This document shows positions 54,573 to 62,826 of a DNA stretch of 64,000 nt, piece after piece. The notes under the pieces are model-generated. The model had not been told where the DNA came from, ran no database searches, and saw only the letters and a program-made list of their open reading frames with translations. Source of the stretch: a virus; IMG/VR virus record IMGVR_UViG_3300023174_000078, positions 57,277 to 121,276 of that record. One strand, 5' to 3'. A program made the position numbers and the translations under genes. The first letter of the stretch is position 1. Each line of letters opens with the position of its first letter.

Positions 54573-55915
54573 TGTCTGTAAAAACACTCACTACGGGACA
54601 TAAGCTGTATACGGATCTAGACCGTGTTAGAAAATACTGCATTACCAAAAGTCCCGGTTTTGCTGGTGTAGCGCTGTTACCGCAATATTACATAGTCGAT
54701 CCAAAGGACCAGCACGGTAAGGAATTTGGCTTTACTGATGGTAAATCAATCTGGCTGGGTACTAGACTTTTCAAGGAAAGTCCAAAGGCTCAAGCATTTG
54801 TGTTAATCCATGAAGTTCTCCACGTTGCGTTGCGTCATCCGCAACGTGGCTTGGCACTGCGTAAGGCCAGACAAGCTGCCGGGTTACCTTGGTCTGGTGA
54901 GGTATTTAATTGGGCTGCTGATGCAATTATTCATTTCAGTATGGAAAACTTGCAGTCATGGGTCAATAAACCTGACATAGGTATTATAACATTTAGTAAT
55001 CTATTGAAAGCAGAAACGCTTGCCGTCAAACCGCCACACAAGTGGAATGTGGAAAGTCTATTTGCGCATTTGATGGATAATGAGATTATGCCCGCTATCG
55101 CTAACGGTACAATAAGCTCAATAGACGCATTCGGGGAAGGCTTACCACGTAACGGTAAAGGTATGCTGGACATCGAGTTACCAGAAAAACCTGGAGCTGC
55201 TACCAGCGGTAAAGACCCCATCAAACCAGATACTCGCGAAGAAACGCGCAACTGGGAAAACAGAGTTAAGCGTGCTGCGGCTGGTGATAGGCCTGGCGGT
55301 ATCATGAAAGAGATTCTGTTTGATATTCCAGTAACGCGCACGCCTTGGCAGCATATATTACGTAGGTTTATTAGTGATGCCGTTATGCCTGTGACGCATG
55401 TACAACCATATAGACCATCCAGACATTCTATAATTTTAGACTCTTTCTACAAGGAAACTTGTAGTGACTGTCCAGTTCCATTCTTCCCTGCATTCCGCCC
55501 TAAGCCCGGGATCAGGAAAATTGTGGTTGTCATAGATACTTCCGGTTCTATTGATGACGCTATGTGTGAGTATTTTGCAGGTGAGATTCAAACAATCCGC
55601 AAAAAGGTGGGTTGTGATCTGACGCTAATTACATGCGACACAGAGGTACATCAAACGATTGACGTCCGTCCTTTTGATAATTTCCATTCCGTGATTAAAC
55701 GTAGTGGTGGTTTTAAAGGGAGGGGTGGGACAGATTTTGTCCCAGGTGTAGCTGCTGCGGAGAAAGTTCCTGGTGCTGCAGTCATCATTTATTTGACTGA
55801 CATGATGGGTCCATATCCTAGTAAGTGTCGTTTGCCTCTTTTGTGGGCATCGACATCTACAGATTATCAGAAGCCACCAGTTGGTAAAGTGTTTGTACTG
55901 AAAAAAGACGACTAA
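54572..55915 (+). CDS. Metallopeptidase + vWA protein (DUF2201-like)
   Basis: TDG, HEVLH zincin motif, N.AAD; DTSGSI, GRGGTDF, YLTD. Confidence 0.88.
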   Translation: MSVKTLTTGHKLYTDLDRVRKYCITKSPGFAGVALLPQYYIVDPKDQHGKEFGFTDGKSIWLGTRLFKESPKAQAFVLIHEVLHVALRHPQRGLALRKARQAAGLPWSGEVFNWAADAIIHFSMENLQSWVNKPDIGIITFSNLLKAETLAVKPPHKWNVESLFAHLMDNEIMPAIANGTISSIDAFGEGLPRNGKGMLDIELPEKPGAATSGKDPIKPDTREETRNWENRVKRAAAGDRPGGIMKEILFDIPVTRTPWQHILRRFISDAVMPVTHVQPYRPSRHSIILDSFYKETCSDCPVPFFPAFRPKPGIRKIVVVIDTSGSIDDAMCEYFAGEIQTIRKKVGCDLTLITCDTEVHQTIDVRPFDNFHSVIKRSGGFKGRGGTDFVPGVAAAEKVPGAAVIIYLTDMMGPYPSKCRLPLLWASTSTDYQKPPVGKVFVLKKDD

Positions 55916-56515
55916 ATGGGAGATCCACTTCAACACAGCAAATCGTCTGCGGCACGTTTCGGCGGCACCGCAGACGATTATCTGCACATTCATACAGTCA
56001 TGGACAGCTCTAAATTATTTCTGGCTGACTGGCGACATCGTGCATTATTGCATAACACTTTCGGCATCCATGTATTTGAGCAACTTATGGGTTCATCGTT
56101 CAGGCGTAAGTCTGACGGAATCGATGTTTGCACTAGAACGGTTATCACGCAGCATATCATGGAAGATTTGGGAGCAGTTCCAACTCCGGGTGAATTTCTG
56201 CGTGAGATGCCTATCAGATACTGGATGTCCGGAATTAAAGAAAAAGATAAACAGAGGATGCAGACACTGACAATTGAGGGAGACAGTAATAAAGAAGCTT
56301 ATATTACCTCTTCTCTTCGGTGGGTCTTATATAAAAATGATAAGCCAGAAAAAGATGGCTACTACATCGTGACTGTAGAAAACGCTACTGAGCCAGCTGT
56401 TTTATACTACGACACCCGTAAAAAAGAATGGCTGGACACAGGGAAAATATTTGTTATTAGCGACATCCGTTTTCAATATTGGGCTGAATTACCAATTAAC
56501 CCGGTGGAGAAATAA
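55916..56515 (+). CDS. DUF6915-like His-rich protein with a C-terminal DUF551-like segment
   Basis: P..HSKSSA.RFGG...DY..IH..MDSSK....D.RHRALLH..FG; H..ED. Confidence 0.7.
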   Translation: MGDPLQHSKSSAARFGGTADDYLHIHTVMDSSKLFLADWRHRALLHNTFGIHVFEQLMGSSFRRKSDGIDVCTRTVITQHIMEDLGAVPTPGEFLREMPIRYWMSGIKEKDKQRMQTLTIEGDSNKEAYITSSLRWVLYKNDKPEKDGYYIVTVENATEPAVLYYDTRKKEWLDTGKIFVISDIRFQYWAELPINPVEK

Positions 56516-56729
56516 TATGAATGTGATTGATATAATAGAACAAAGAAATAAATACTTAGACGAAGTAGCTCAGTTTTTGATTAAGCACGTGCCTGATTAC
56601 ACTGAGTTGCCTGATGATAGCATCCGTGCGCTAGAGCATGTTTGGCTTGCGATTGGTGATAACAGAATGGAGTTTATTTCCATTCTAAATAATCTGCGTA
56701 AAGCGCGTAAAAAAAAGAGTTGCGCCTAA
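56451..56729 (+). CDS. Hypothetical protein (start probably at MNVID)
   Basis: ORF. Confidence 0.5.
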   Translation: MLLATSVFNIGLNYQLTRWRNNMNVIDIIEQRNKYLDEVAQFLIKHVPDYTELPDDSIRALEHVWLAIGDNRMEFISILNNLRKARKKKSCA

Positions 56730-56763
56730 GCCCTGATTCTATTAGTCTGGCGCACATTAATTT

Positions 56764-57096
56764 ATGCAATTTGAATCAGATCCCGAGTACCGCCTTTATG
56801 TTGGTAACTTAAGTTTTAAAATAACTGAAGAAGACGTGCGCAGCATGTTTAGTACTACGGGAAAAGTGATAGATGTGTATTTACCACGAATTTACAAAAC
56901 TACAAAGCATAAAGGTTTTGGTTTTGTAGAAATGGAAAGCTATGAAGACGCGAAAAATAGTATTGCGCAACTTCACGAGCGTCCTGATTTGTTTGGTAGA
57001 AACATGGTCGTTCGATTTGCGGATGCGCGACGCTCCAGCGAAGAACAAGCGGAGCGGCGTAAAAGGTCATATCAAATTAATAAAGACAATGAGTAA
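56764..57096 (+). CDS. RNA recognition motif (RRM) protein
   Basis: RNP2 LYVGNL and RNP1 KGFGFVEM. Confidence 0.92.
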   Translation: MQFESDPEYRLYVGNLSFKITEEDVRSMFSTTGKVIDVYLPRIYKTTKHKGFGFVEMESYEDAKNSIAQLHERPDLFGRNMVVRFADARRSSEEQAERRKRSYQINKDNE

Positions 57097-57466
57097 TCCT
57101 TCTCCTGTAAAAAGAAAACAAGTTTTAGCGGGTTCGGCAGCAGCGCAGCCGTGGCGCGTACTTCTTCAAGTGCGCCCGAGTCTACTTGCGACTGACTTAG
57201 TTCCCGTAATTTATTATGTTAGAGGGCGCGTGGATGAGGTAGGTAACATTGCTTACTTAATGTGGAAACGCTGGGAGAAAAACGATATTGGTTTAGGCGA
57301 CCAGCAATATCCTGATATTGAAGAAAACGGAGTCATTGAGTGTATTGATGAGGACGACTTCAAGAAAGCTTACGCGGCGGCAAAAAAGTATAAGTTACCG
57401 CACGCAGTTGCTGGCGACCCAAAAAATCCTACTGTGTTTACATGTTTTAAACGTACTAATTTATAA
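56942..57466 (+). CDS. Hypothetical protein (start probably at MSNPS, 57089)
   Basis: ORF. Confidence 0.55.
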   Translation: MKTRKIVLRNFTSVLICLVETWSFDLRMRDAPAKNKRSGVKGHIKLIKTMSNPSPVKRKQVLAGSAAAQPWRVLLQVRPSLLATDLVPVIYYVRGRVDEVGNIAYLMWKRWEKNDIGLGDQQYPDIEENGVIECIDEDDFKKAYAAAKKYKLPHAVAGDPKNPTVFTCFKRTNL

Positions 57467-57729
57467 TGCAGACAAGCTTTGATTTTATCGCTACGCAGCC
57501 GGATGCTTTGACAGTATTGGCTGCTCTGTGTTTGTACGAAGATAAGTGCGCTACGCGTGCACAACTTGAGAATAGATTAACATTAGATACTGACGCTATC
57601 GAAGACGCCTTGTCATTCCTAAAAGAACACGAGTACGTAATTGAGAATATTAATTCAGTATTATATATAATGCAAAAAGGAGTAGACTGCGTTAATCAAC
57701 AAACATACTCAGATTTTAAACTAATATGA
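57466..57729 (+). CDS. Winged-helix-like protein
   Basis: AT.AQL...L.......I.DAL..L....Y...Y.I..KG pattern. Confidence 0.55.
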   Translation: MQTSFDFIATQPDALTVLAALCLYEDKCATRAQLENRLTLDTDAIEDALSFLKEHEYVIENINSVLYIMQKGVDCVNQQTYSDFKLI

Positions 57730-58112
57730 ATATCAGCGACACTGCTTCCGAAATAGTAGATCTTGTTCAGACAGAACTATCAAACAAGACAAATGTCGGT
57801 AAAATAAACAGGCAGGTCGCTAATATACTATCTAAGATAGTTCGTAATTTTTCAGACGCCGAGGATGACGCTAGTTATGTGGTAGTGATGAATCTTTTCC
57901 AGGGTGTTCCTGAGTCAGTCGTATCCAATCACCCCGGGTTAAGTGGGGCGTTGGTTGTATGCACTGATAGTATAACTGTAGCGGATGATGAAGAAAATGC
58001 TGTAATAGTTCATGATGATGTCATCGTTATAGCCGTTTCCCAAGTGGAAGCCCATGATGACATGGCGCAGCATGTAAAAGCTGCGCGAAAGTTCGAAAGA
58101 CTTAATTCGTAA
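57726..58112 (+). CDS. Hypothetical protein
   Basis: ORF in operon. Confidence 0.6.
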   Translation: MNISDTASEIVDLVQTELSNKTNVGKINRQVANILSKIVRNFSDAEDDASYVVVMNLFQGVPESVVSNHPGLSGALVVCTDSITVADDEENAVIVHDDVIVIAVSQVEAHDDMAQHVKAARKFERLNS

Positions 58113-58142
58113 ATAAATCTTGTTTGAGTAAAGTTATTTGTA

Positions 58143-58952
58143 ATGGAACCAAATCAAAGCGGAACCTTAGAGGCCGCACAAGTGGAAAGCACGTCTGCAG
58201 ACGCATATAACATTGACGTTATTAGCACTGAAGAAACAACTGATATACCAGAAATTCATAGAGGAACCGTAGATAATCCATTTTTATATGATGCGGGTAT
58301 TCCTGAACTGGAGAAGTTCATTCTAGTTAATATGTTTGTGGCTGGTAAAAATGCCAGCATTCAGCAGCTTAAGCTAGACCAATTTGTAGACCGCGTGCGT
58401 CGCGATTTAGGCGACTACGTCGTTGATACGTTAGGCGTTCTTAGCGCTATTAATAACTGCCTAACTAGCGCCACACTTAATGACACAGTGCTGGGTTGGT
58501 TAAAAGAAGTTAAGGCAGGACAATACACAAGATTAACTACCGGTATTATCCAGCTAGCCGAGTATATAGGTGCTGGTAAGATCGATCTAAAAAAGTGTAC
58601 GCGAAACGACCTTGTTCGCGTGAAAGGTATTGGCTGGAAAACAGCCTCTATGTTCCTGCTGTACACAAGACGTAATGCAAAGACAGCGTGTTTAGATACG
58701 CACATTTTGAAATATCTCAGAGAAGAAGCAGCAATTCCTGATGTGCCTCTTACGACGCCTACTGTTAAAAATGATTATCTACGGCTGGAAGCAGCTTTCA
58801 TAGAAATCGTGCGTTTGTCTGGCAAGACGGTTGCGGAGTTTGACTTCGAGATTTGGAGTCGGTATAGACAAAAGGTTGATAACGCCGATACTACTAGTGT
58901 TCAGAAATCTACTGTGGTTATTACTGAAGAAGTAGCCACAGCTTCAGCGTAA
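58143..58952 (+). CDS. HhH-GPD DNA glycosylase-like protein (Ogg type)
   Basis: L..VKGIGWKTASMFL HhH motif; LDTHIL; Y..LE; D..IW. Confidence 0.75.
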   Translation: MEPNQSGTLEAAQVESTSADAYNIDVISTEETTDIPEIHRGTVDNPFLYDAGIPELEKFILVNMFVAGKNASIQQLKLDQFVDRVRRDLGDYVVDTLGVLSAINNCLTSATLNDTVLGWLKEVKAGQYTRLTTGIIQLAEYIGAGKIDLKKCTRNDLVRVKGIGWKTASMFLLYTRRNAKTACLDTHILKYLREEAAIPDVPLTTPTVKNDYLRLEAAFIEIVRLSGKTVAEFDFEIWSRYRQKVDNADTTSVQKSTVVITEEVATASA

Positions 58953-59133
58953 ACTTAATCTAATGCTACGTCGCGTATGTTGTTTAGCCATAGTTCCGCT
59001 GGGAATCTTAATTAGCATTAATTCATTTTTTAGGAACTGGAATAATGGACGTATATGGTGGCAACTATGGCGCGATTTGTGGTTTGATAAACAGCCATCT
59101 GTTTGTTATAGATTTGATGAGTAAAACCTGATC

Positions 59134-59439
59134 ATGAATAGAATCCCTGTATACGCCGAGGATAAACCGCATCGTCGTTTCCTGCATGAAATCAGGAAGT
59201 GGTTGAAGGATCGTGGAATAAAAGCTTCAGCTCTATTGGTGTCAAAATCCAATCTTGTTATAGCCATTATCCCGGGTATACATGGATCGTCATTAATATG
59301 TTTTTACATACAAAAATTATGCTCGTTAGGCACTGGAGGTATCATTGTATACTACGATCTGCACGCGATGAGTACTAGATTAAGAATGAATGTTGAAAAT
59401 ACCTTTACTAACTGGTTAGCACAAAACGCATTTGTATAG
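59134..59439 (+). CDS. Hypothetical protein
   Basis: ORF. Confidence 0.5.
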   Translation: MNRIPVYAEDKPHRRFLHEIRKWLKDRGIKASALLVSKSNLVIAIIPGIHGSSLICFYIQKLCSLGTGGIIVYYDLHAMSTRLRMNVENTFTNWLAQNAFV

Positions 59440-59457
59440 AGCAGTACACATTTTTAA

Positions 59458-60204
59458 ATGTCCGAACCCGAAACCCGTCCATTGTTAAAATTTAACTTTG
59501 GAGGAAACGCAAAACTATCGAAAGAGATAGTTACATTTTCTTTACCCTCAGGATATTCTTGTCCAGGAGCCAAAGATTGTTTAGCCAAAGCAGATAGAGA
59601 AACCGGTAAGATCATTGACGGAAAGCATCAAAAGTTTCGATGTTTTTCAGCTGTCAGCGAAACACGCCCGGCAGTTCGTTTGCAGCGTTGGCATAATTAC
59701 GCACTTCTAAAGCAGGCTAAGACTAAAGCCGGAATGGAAGAATTAATTACAGAATCATTTCCACGCGGAGCTAAAATATTAAGGCTGCATGTGGGTGGTG
59801 ACTTTTTCAGTCAGGCGTATTTTGACGCCTGGGCTGCCGTAGCTAAAAGATTCTATCATTGTATCATATACGCTTACACCAAAAGCATTCATTATGTAAA
59901 AGCGCATAAAGATAAACTTCCTGATAACTTTAGAATCACTCTTAGCAAAGGCGGTAAGTATGATCATCTTATTGAAGAATCAGACGATGAGGATGCTGTT
60001 CAGTACGGGATTGCTGAAGTACTTGGACATCCTGAAGAAGCCGAAGCATTAGAATTAGAAGTTGATCATGATGATTCACATGCTATAGCTGGTAAGCAGC
60101 ACTTTGCATTACTTCTACATAGTATGCAGCCCGCCGGATCGGAAGCTGCAGAAAAAGTAAAGCGCATGCGCAAAGAAGGCGTTAAATTCTCATACCCTAG
60201 TTAG
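59458..60204 (+). CDS. GP88-like (radical-SAM-related) phage protein
   Basis: GN.KL, FSLP.G.SCPGA..C, RLHVGGDF, YAYTKS. Confidence 0.75.
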   Translation: MSEPETRPLLKFNFGGNAKLSKEIVTFSLPSGYSCPGAKDCLAKADRETGKIIDGKHQKFRCFSAVSETRPAVRLQRWHNYALLKQAKTKAGMEELITESFPRGAKILRLHVGGDFFSQAYFDAWAAVAKRFYHCIIYAYTKSIHYVKAHKDKLPDNFRITLSKGGKYDHLIEESDDEDAVQYGIAEVLGHPEEAEALELEVDHDDSHAIAGKQHFALLLHSMQPAGSEAAEKVKRMRKEGVKFSYPS

Positions 60205-60208
60205 TAAT

Positions 60209-60574
60209 ATGGCAAGACCTAAAAAGAATACAGACACGACGGAAGAGCCAGTTGTGGAAGAAGTTCAAACTATTCCAGCAGCTGAGGCGGCTACCGAAAC
60301 AAAAGTTATAGAAAATCCTCCAGCGCCATCGCCAGAAGTAATTCTTCCGGAAGCTGATAGGATTGAAATGGATAGGTATTTTTGTGTTATAAATACTAGT
60401 AACCAAGCTAGTCGTATCTCCCAAGCAATATCGCATCAACGAGACCTGCAGATGTGGGGAGTACATCAATACGATAACAACACTAGTCGCAATTCTTTCT
60501 CTCGGAGTTTTTACTTCAAGAATAGAGATAATGCGGTGAAGGCGCTTGAACACGCAAATAGTCTGCTAGGCTAG
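60209..60574 (+). CDS. Hypothetical protein
   Basis: MARPKK start; P/E-rich linker. Confidence 0.6.
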   Translation: MARPKKNTDTTEEPVVEEVQTIPAAEAATETKVIENPPAPSPEVILPEADRIEMDRYFCVINTSNQASRISQAISHQRDLQMWGVHQYDNNTSRNSFSRSFYFKNRDNAVKALEHANSLLG

Positions 60575-60674
60575 TCTGCTTAGCGTGCTACATGAAAAGA
60601 TACGGCAGCGCCGAGGTTCCCCGCCTCGGCGCTGCTCTTTTAACAACACTCCGGGGATAAGAAAAATAAAGCAA

Positions 60675-61568
60675 ATGAAAAAGAATACTGAAATTCAGAA
60701 CGGCATCTTCGGTGGCTCCGCCGCCGCCCAGCTGCAGAAGTTGGTCATTAAAGACAGTCGCATCAGACTCTGCTCTTCTCTGATGACCGCGAGTCGGGAA
60801 ATCGTTCCCATCGCAGAAGCGTTGGTGGCGTACGACACGCGGACGGACTTGATTGTCAAGTTCATCTCGGCGTTCATTCCGCCGCCCCTGGACGGGAAGC
60901 ACAAGGGTATCAAGTACCTCATTTCAAAAGACCACAAAACCGGCGAGCACAAGCCGGTGGTGATCGCATGGAACGGGCAGAAAAAGGAGGGGGCCTTCTG
61001 GAACCCTCACTTCCTGACCGGGTTTCTGGACTACTCCAAGCTCCCCATGACATGCGAACATGCGGAATTCCGCGTGCTCCGCGCCTATCGTGCCGGACTG
61101 CGCGCTCCCGCGCGGTTTGAGCTCCTGTCGTTCGAAACTCCTGCCGCAGGGCAGGATGTTGACAAGCACACGATGGCGGTCGAGTGCCCATTCAATTCTG
61201 TGCCGCCAATCCAACTCGCCCGGTGCTACAAGCACCTGTTCTGGTGGCAGAAACAGATCGTTAACGAACTCGGCCTCTTTTCAGGGGTCGATCTCATGGC
61301 AGCTCTCGGTCTCGGCATCAAGCGGAAGCTTGACCAGGCCGTCGCGGAGGGGACCATGTCCCCGGCCATGGAGGAGGAGATCCTCCACGACCACTCGGAA
61401 GATCCAGTGGAAATGGAAGAGCCACTGGGCGTTTCCTTCGACCTCCCGGCAGAACACATGATAAAAGCGGAGGATGGCAAGGACTTCTATGTCCCGCCCA
61501 ATCCTCTGGCGCAGACCATGCCGGAAGCGGAAGTGACCGAAGAAGAGACGGTAGAGCTCTTCGACTAA
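60675..61568 (+). CDS. Hypothetical protein with GC-rich codon usage (ATG at 60675 preferred)
   Basis: A-rich leader before ATG; acidic C-terminus; followed by a terminator. Confidence 0.7.
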   Translation: MKKNTEIQNGIFGGSAAAQLQKLVIKDSRIRLCSSLMTASREIVPIAEALVAYDTRTDLIVKFISAFIPPPLDGKHKGIKYLISKDHKTGEHKPVVIAWNGQKKEGAFWNPHFLTGFLDYSKLPMTCEHAEFRVLRAYRAGLRAPARFELLSFETPAAGQDVDKHTMAVECPFNSVPPIQLARCYKHLFWWQKQIVNELGLFSGVDLMAALGLGIKRKLDQAVAEGTMSPAMEEEILHDHSEDPVEMEEPLGVSFDLPAEHMIKAEDGKDFYVPPNPLAQTMPEAEVTEEETVELFD

Positions 61569-61574
61569 AGAATC

Positions 61575-61611
61575 AGGCAAGGCGCAGTAAAATGCGCCTT
61601 GTCTTTTTTTT
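61575..61611 (+). terminator. Intrinsic terminator
   Basis: AGGCAAGGCGCA-GTAAAA-TGCGCCTTGTCT followed by a T-run. Confidence 0.85.
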
Positions 61612-61662
61612 AGCTATCGGGCACTTGAAAACATGTTATATTGATGATTATATTACTTAATT

Positions 61663-62826
61663 ATGTTCACGGTCGAAAAAGTTCAGTTTATTAAGGCTGC
61701 GCATGAAACAGCGACTTCTATTAATTTGGAAGCTCGACGGGAATGTGAAGATATCATGAAAAAGATTTATGAAGAAAATCCTTCATTCTGGCCTTATGGC
61801 TTGGACATGGCCGCACATGACGGCGGTGTGTATATGATTAGAGAAGCCAGCACTAAAAAACCAATAGGTTTTACTGGCTGGCAGGAAAGAATGGATGGTA
61901 CTACCAAAGTCGGTTTTTATTCTATAGGCATTCTACCAGAGTATAGACATAACGGTTATGCTAAGCAGGCTGTAGCGAAATTAATTTCTATTAAAGCAGC
62001 TAATGTGGATCGTGTACAAGCGCTGGTGATGAAGCATAATAAACCTTCTTTAGCTTTGGCTGATGCATTACATATTCCTGTTGTGAAAGCGGGGTCAGAA
62101 AAGAAGGCTTCATCTGCTAAACAGTTATTGAAAATGTTAGCAGGCGGTGCAGGAGCAGCGGGCTTTATGGATGCCTACACTTATGGGCGCGATAAAAGTC
62201 TAGATGAGTATTTAAATACTCCATTTAGTATGAGTCGCGGAGCTCAAGCTCTTGCTAATACAATATTTGGTGGTGCTGCCGCAGCTGCTCCTTCTTTTGC
62301 TTCCGCCTTACCCGCTTTAGCTGCTATACCCGCTAAGGATGTTGCGGTAGCTGCAATTCCCGCGATTCCTTCTATAACTGAAAGCGTAAAAGCTATTTCG
62401 GAAAATAAAAGCAGAAGTATGGCTGACTTGTTGAGCGCGCTGAGCCCTACTCAAAAAGCTTTAGGTGTTGGAGCTGGCGCTGCAGGTTTATTAGGCGGTG
62501 GTTATTTGGGTTACAAGGCTATAAAAGCTATGCGTGAAATGGCCAAAGCGCAGGAACAATCTGCCCGGGGTAAAGTACGTGTAGCTCTTCCTACTAAAGA
62601 TCCAAATGACCAAGAAACTATTATTGAGTTACCTATAGATGATCTTGACGTGTCGAGATCTCAATTTGAAAAATTACAAAGAGATCTGAGACGTAGAATT
62701 CGTAGAGAAACAAAAGAACGTACTGTTCAACGCACGCTAGGCGGTTTAATGGAACCTAAAGAAGCTTCTGTTAAAACAGGATCGTTACAGAAAGTAAACT
62801 ATTTACTTAATATTTTAAATGCATAA
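61663..62826 (+). CDS. GNAT acetyltransferase domain fused to a Gly/Ala-rich (virion-like) region
   Basis: IGILPEYRHNGYAK acetyl-CoA motif, N.PS..LA; Gly-zipper segments. Confidence 0.75.
   Translation: MFTVEKVQFIKAAHETATSINLEARRECEDIMKKIYEENPSFWPYGLDMAAHDGGVYMIREASTKKPIGFTGWQERMDGTTKVGFYSIGILPEYRHNGYAKQAVAKLISIKAANVDRVQALVMKHNKPSLALADALHIPVVKAGSEKKASSAKQLLKMLAGGAGAAGFMDAYTYGRDKSLDEYLNTPFSMSRGAQALANTIFGGAAAAAPSFASALPALAAIPAKDVAVAAIPAIPSITESVKAISENKSRSMADLLSALSPTQKALGVGAGAAGLLGGGYLGYKAIKAMREMAKAQEQSARGKVRVALPTKDPNDQETIIELPIDDLDVSRSQFEKLQRDLRRRIRRETKERTVQRTLGGLMEPKEASVKTGSLQKVNYLLNILNA

Noticed and set aside
60588-61580. Several overlapping alternative-frame ORFs
   Set aside because: Expected by-product of the locally GC-rich sequence of the 60675-61568 gene.
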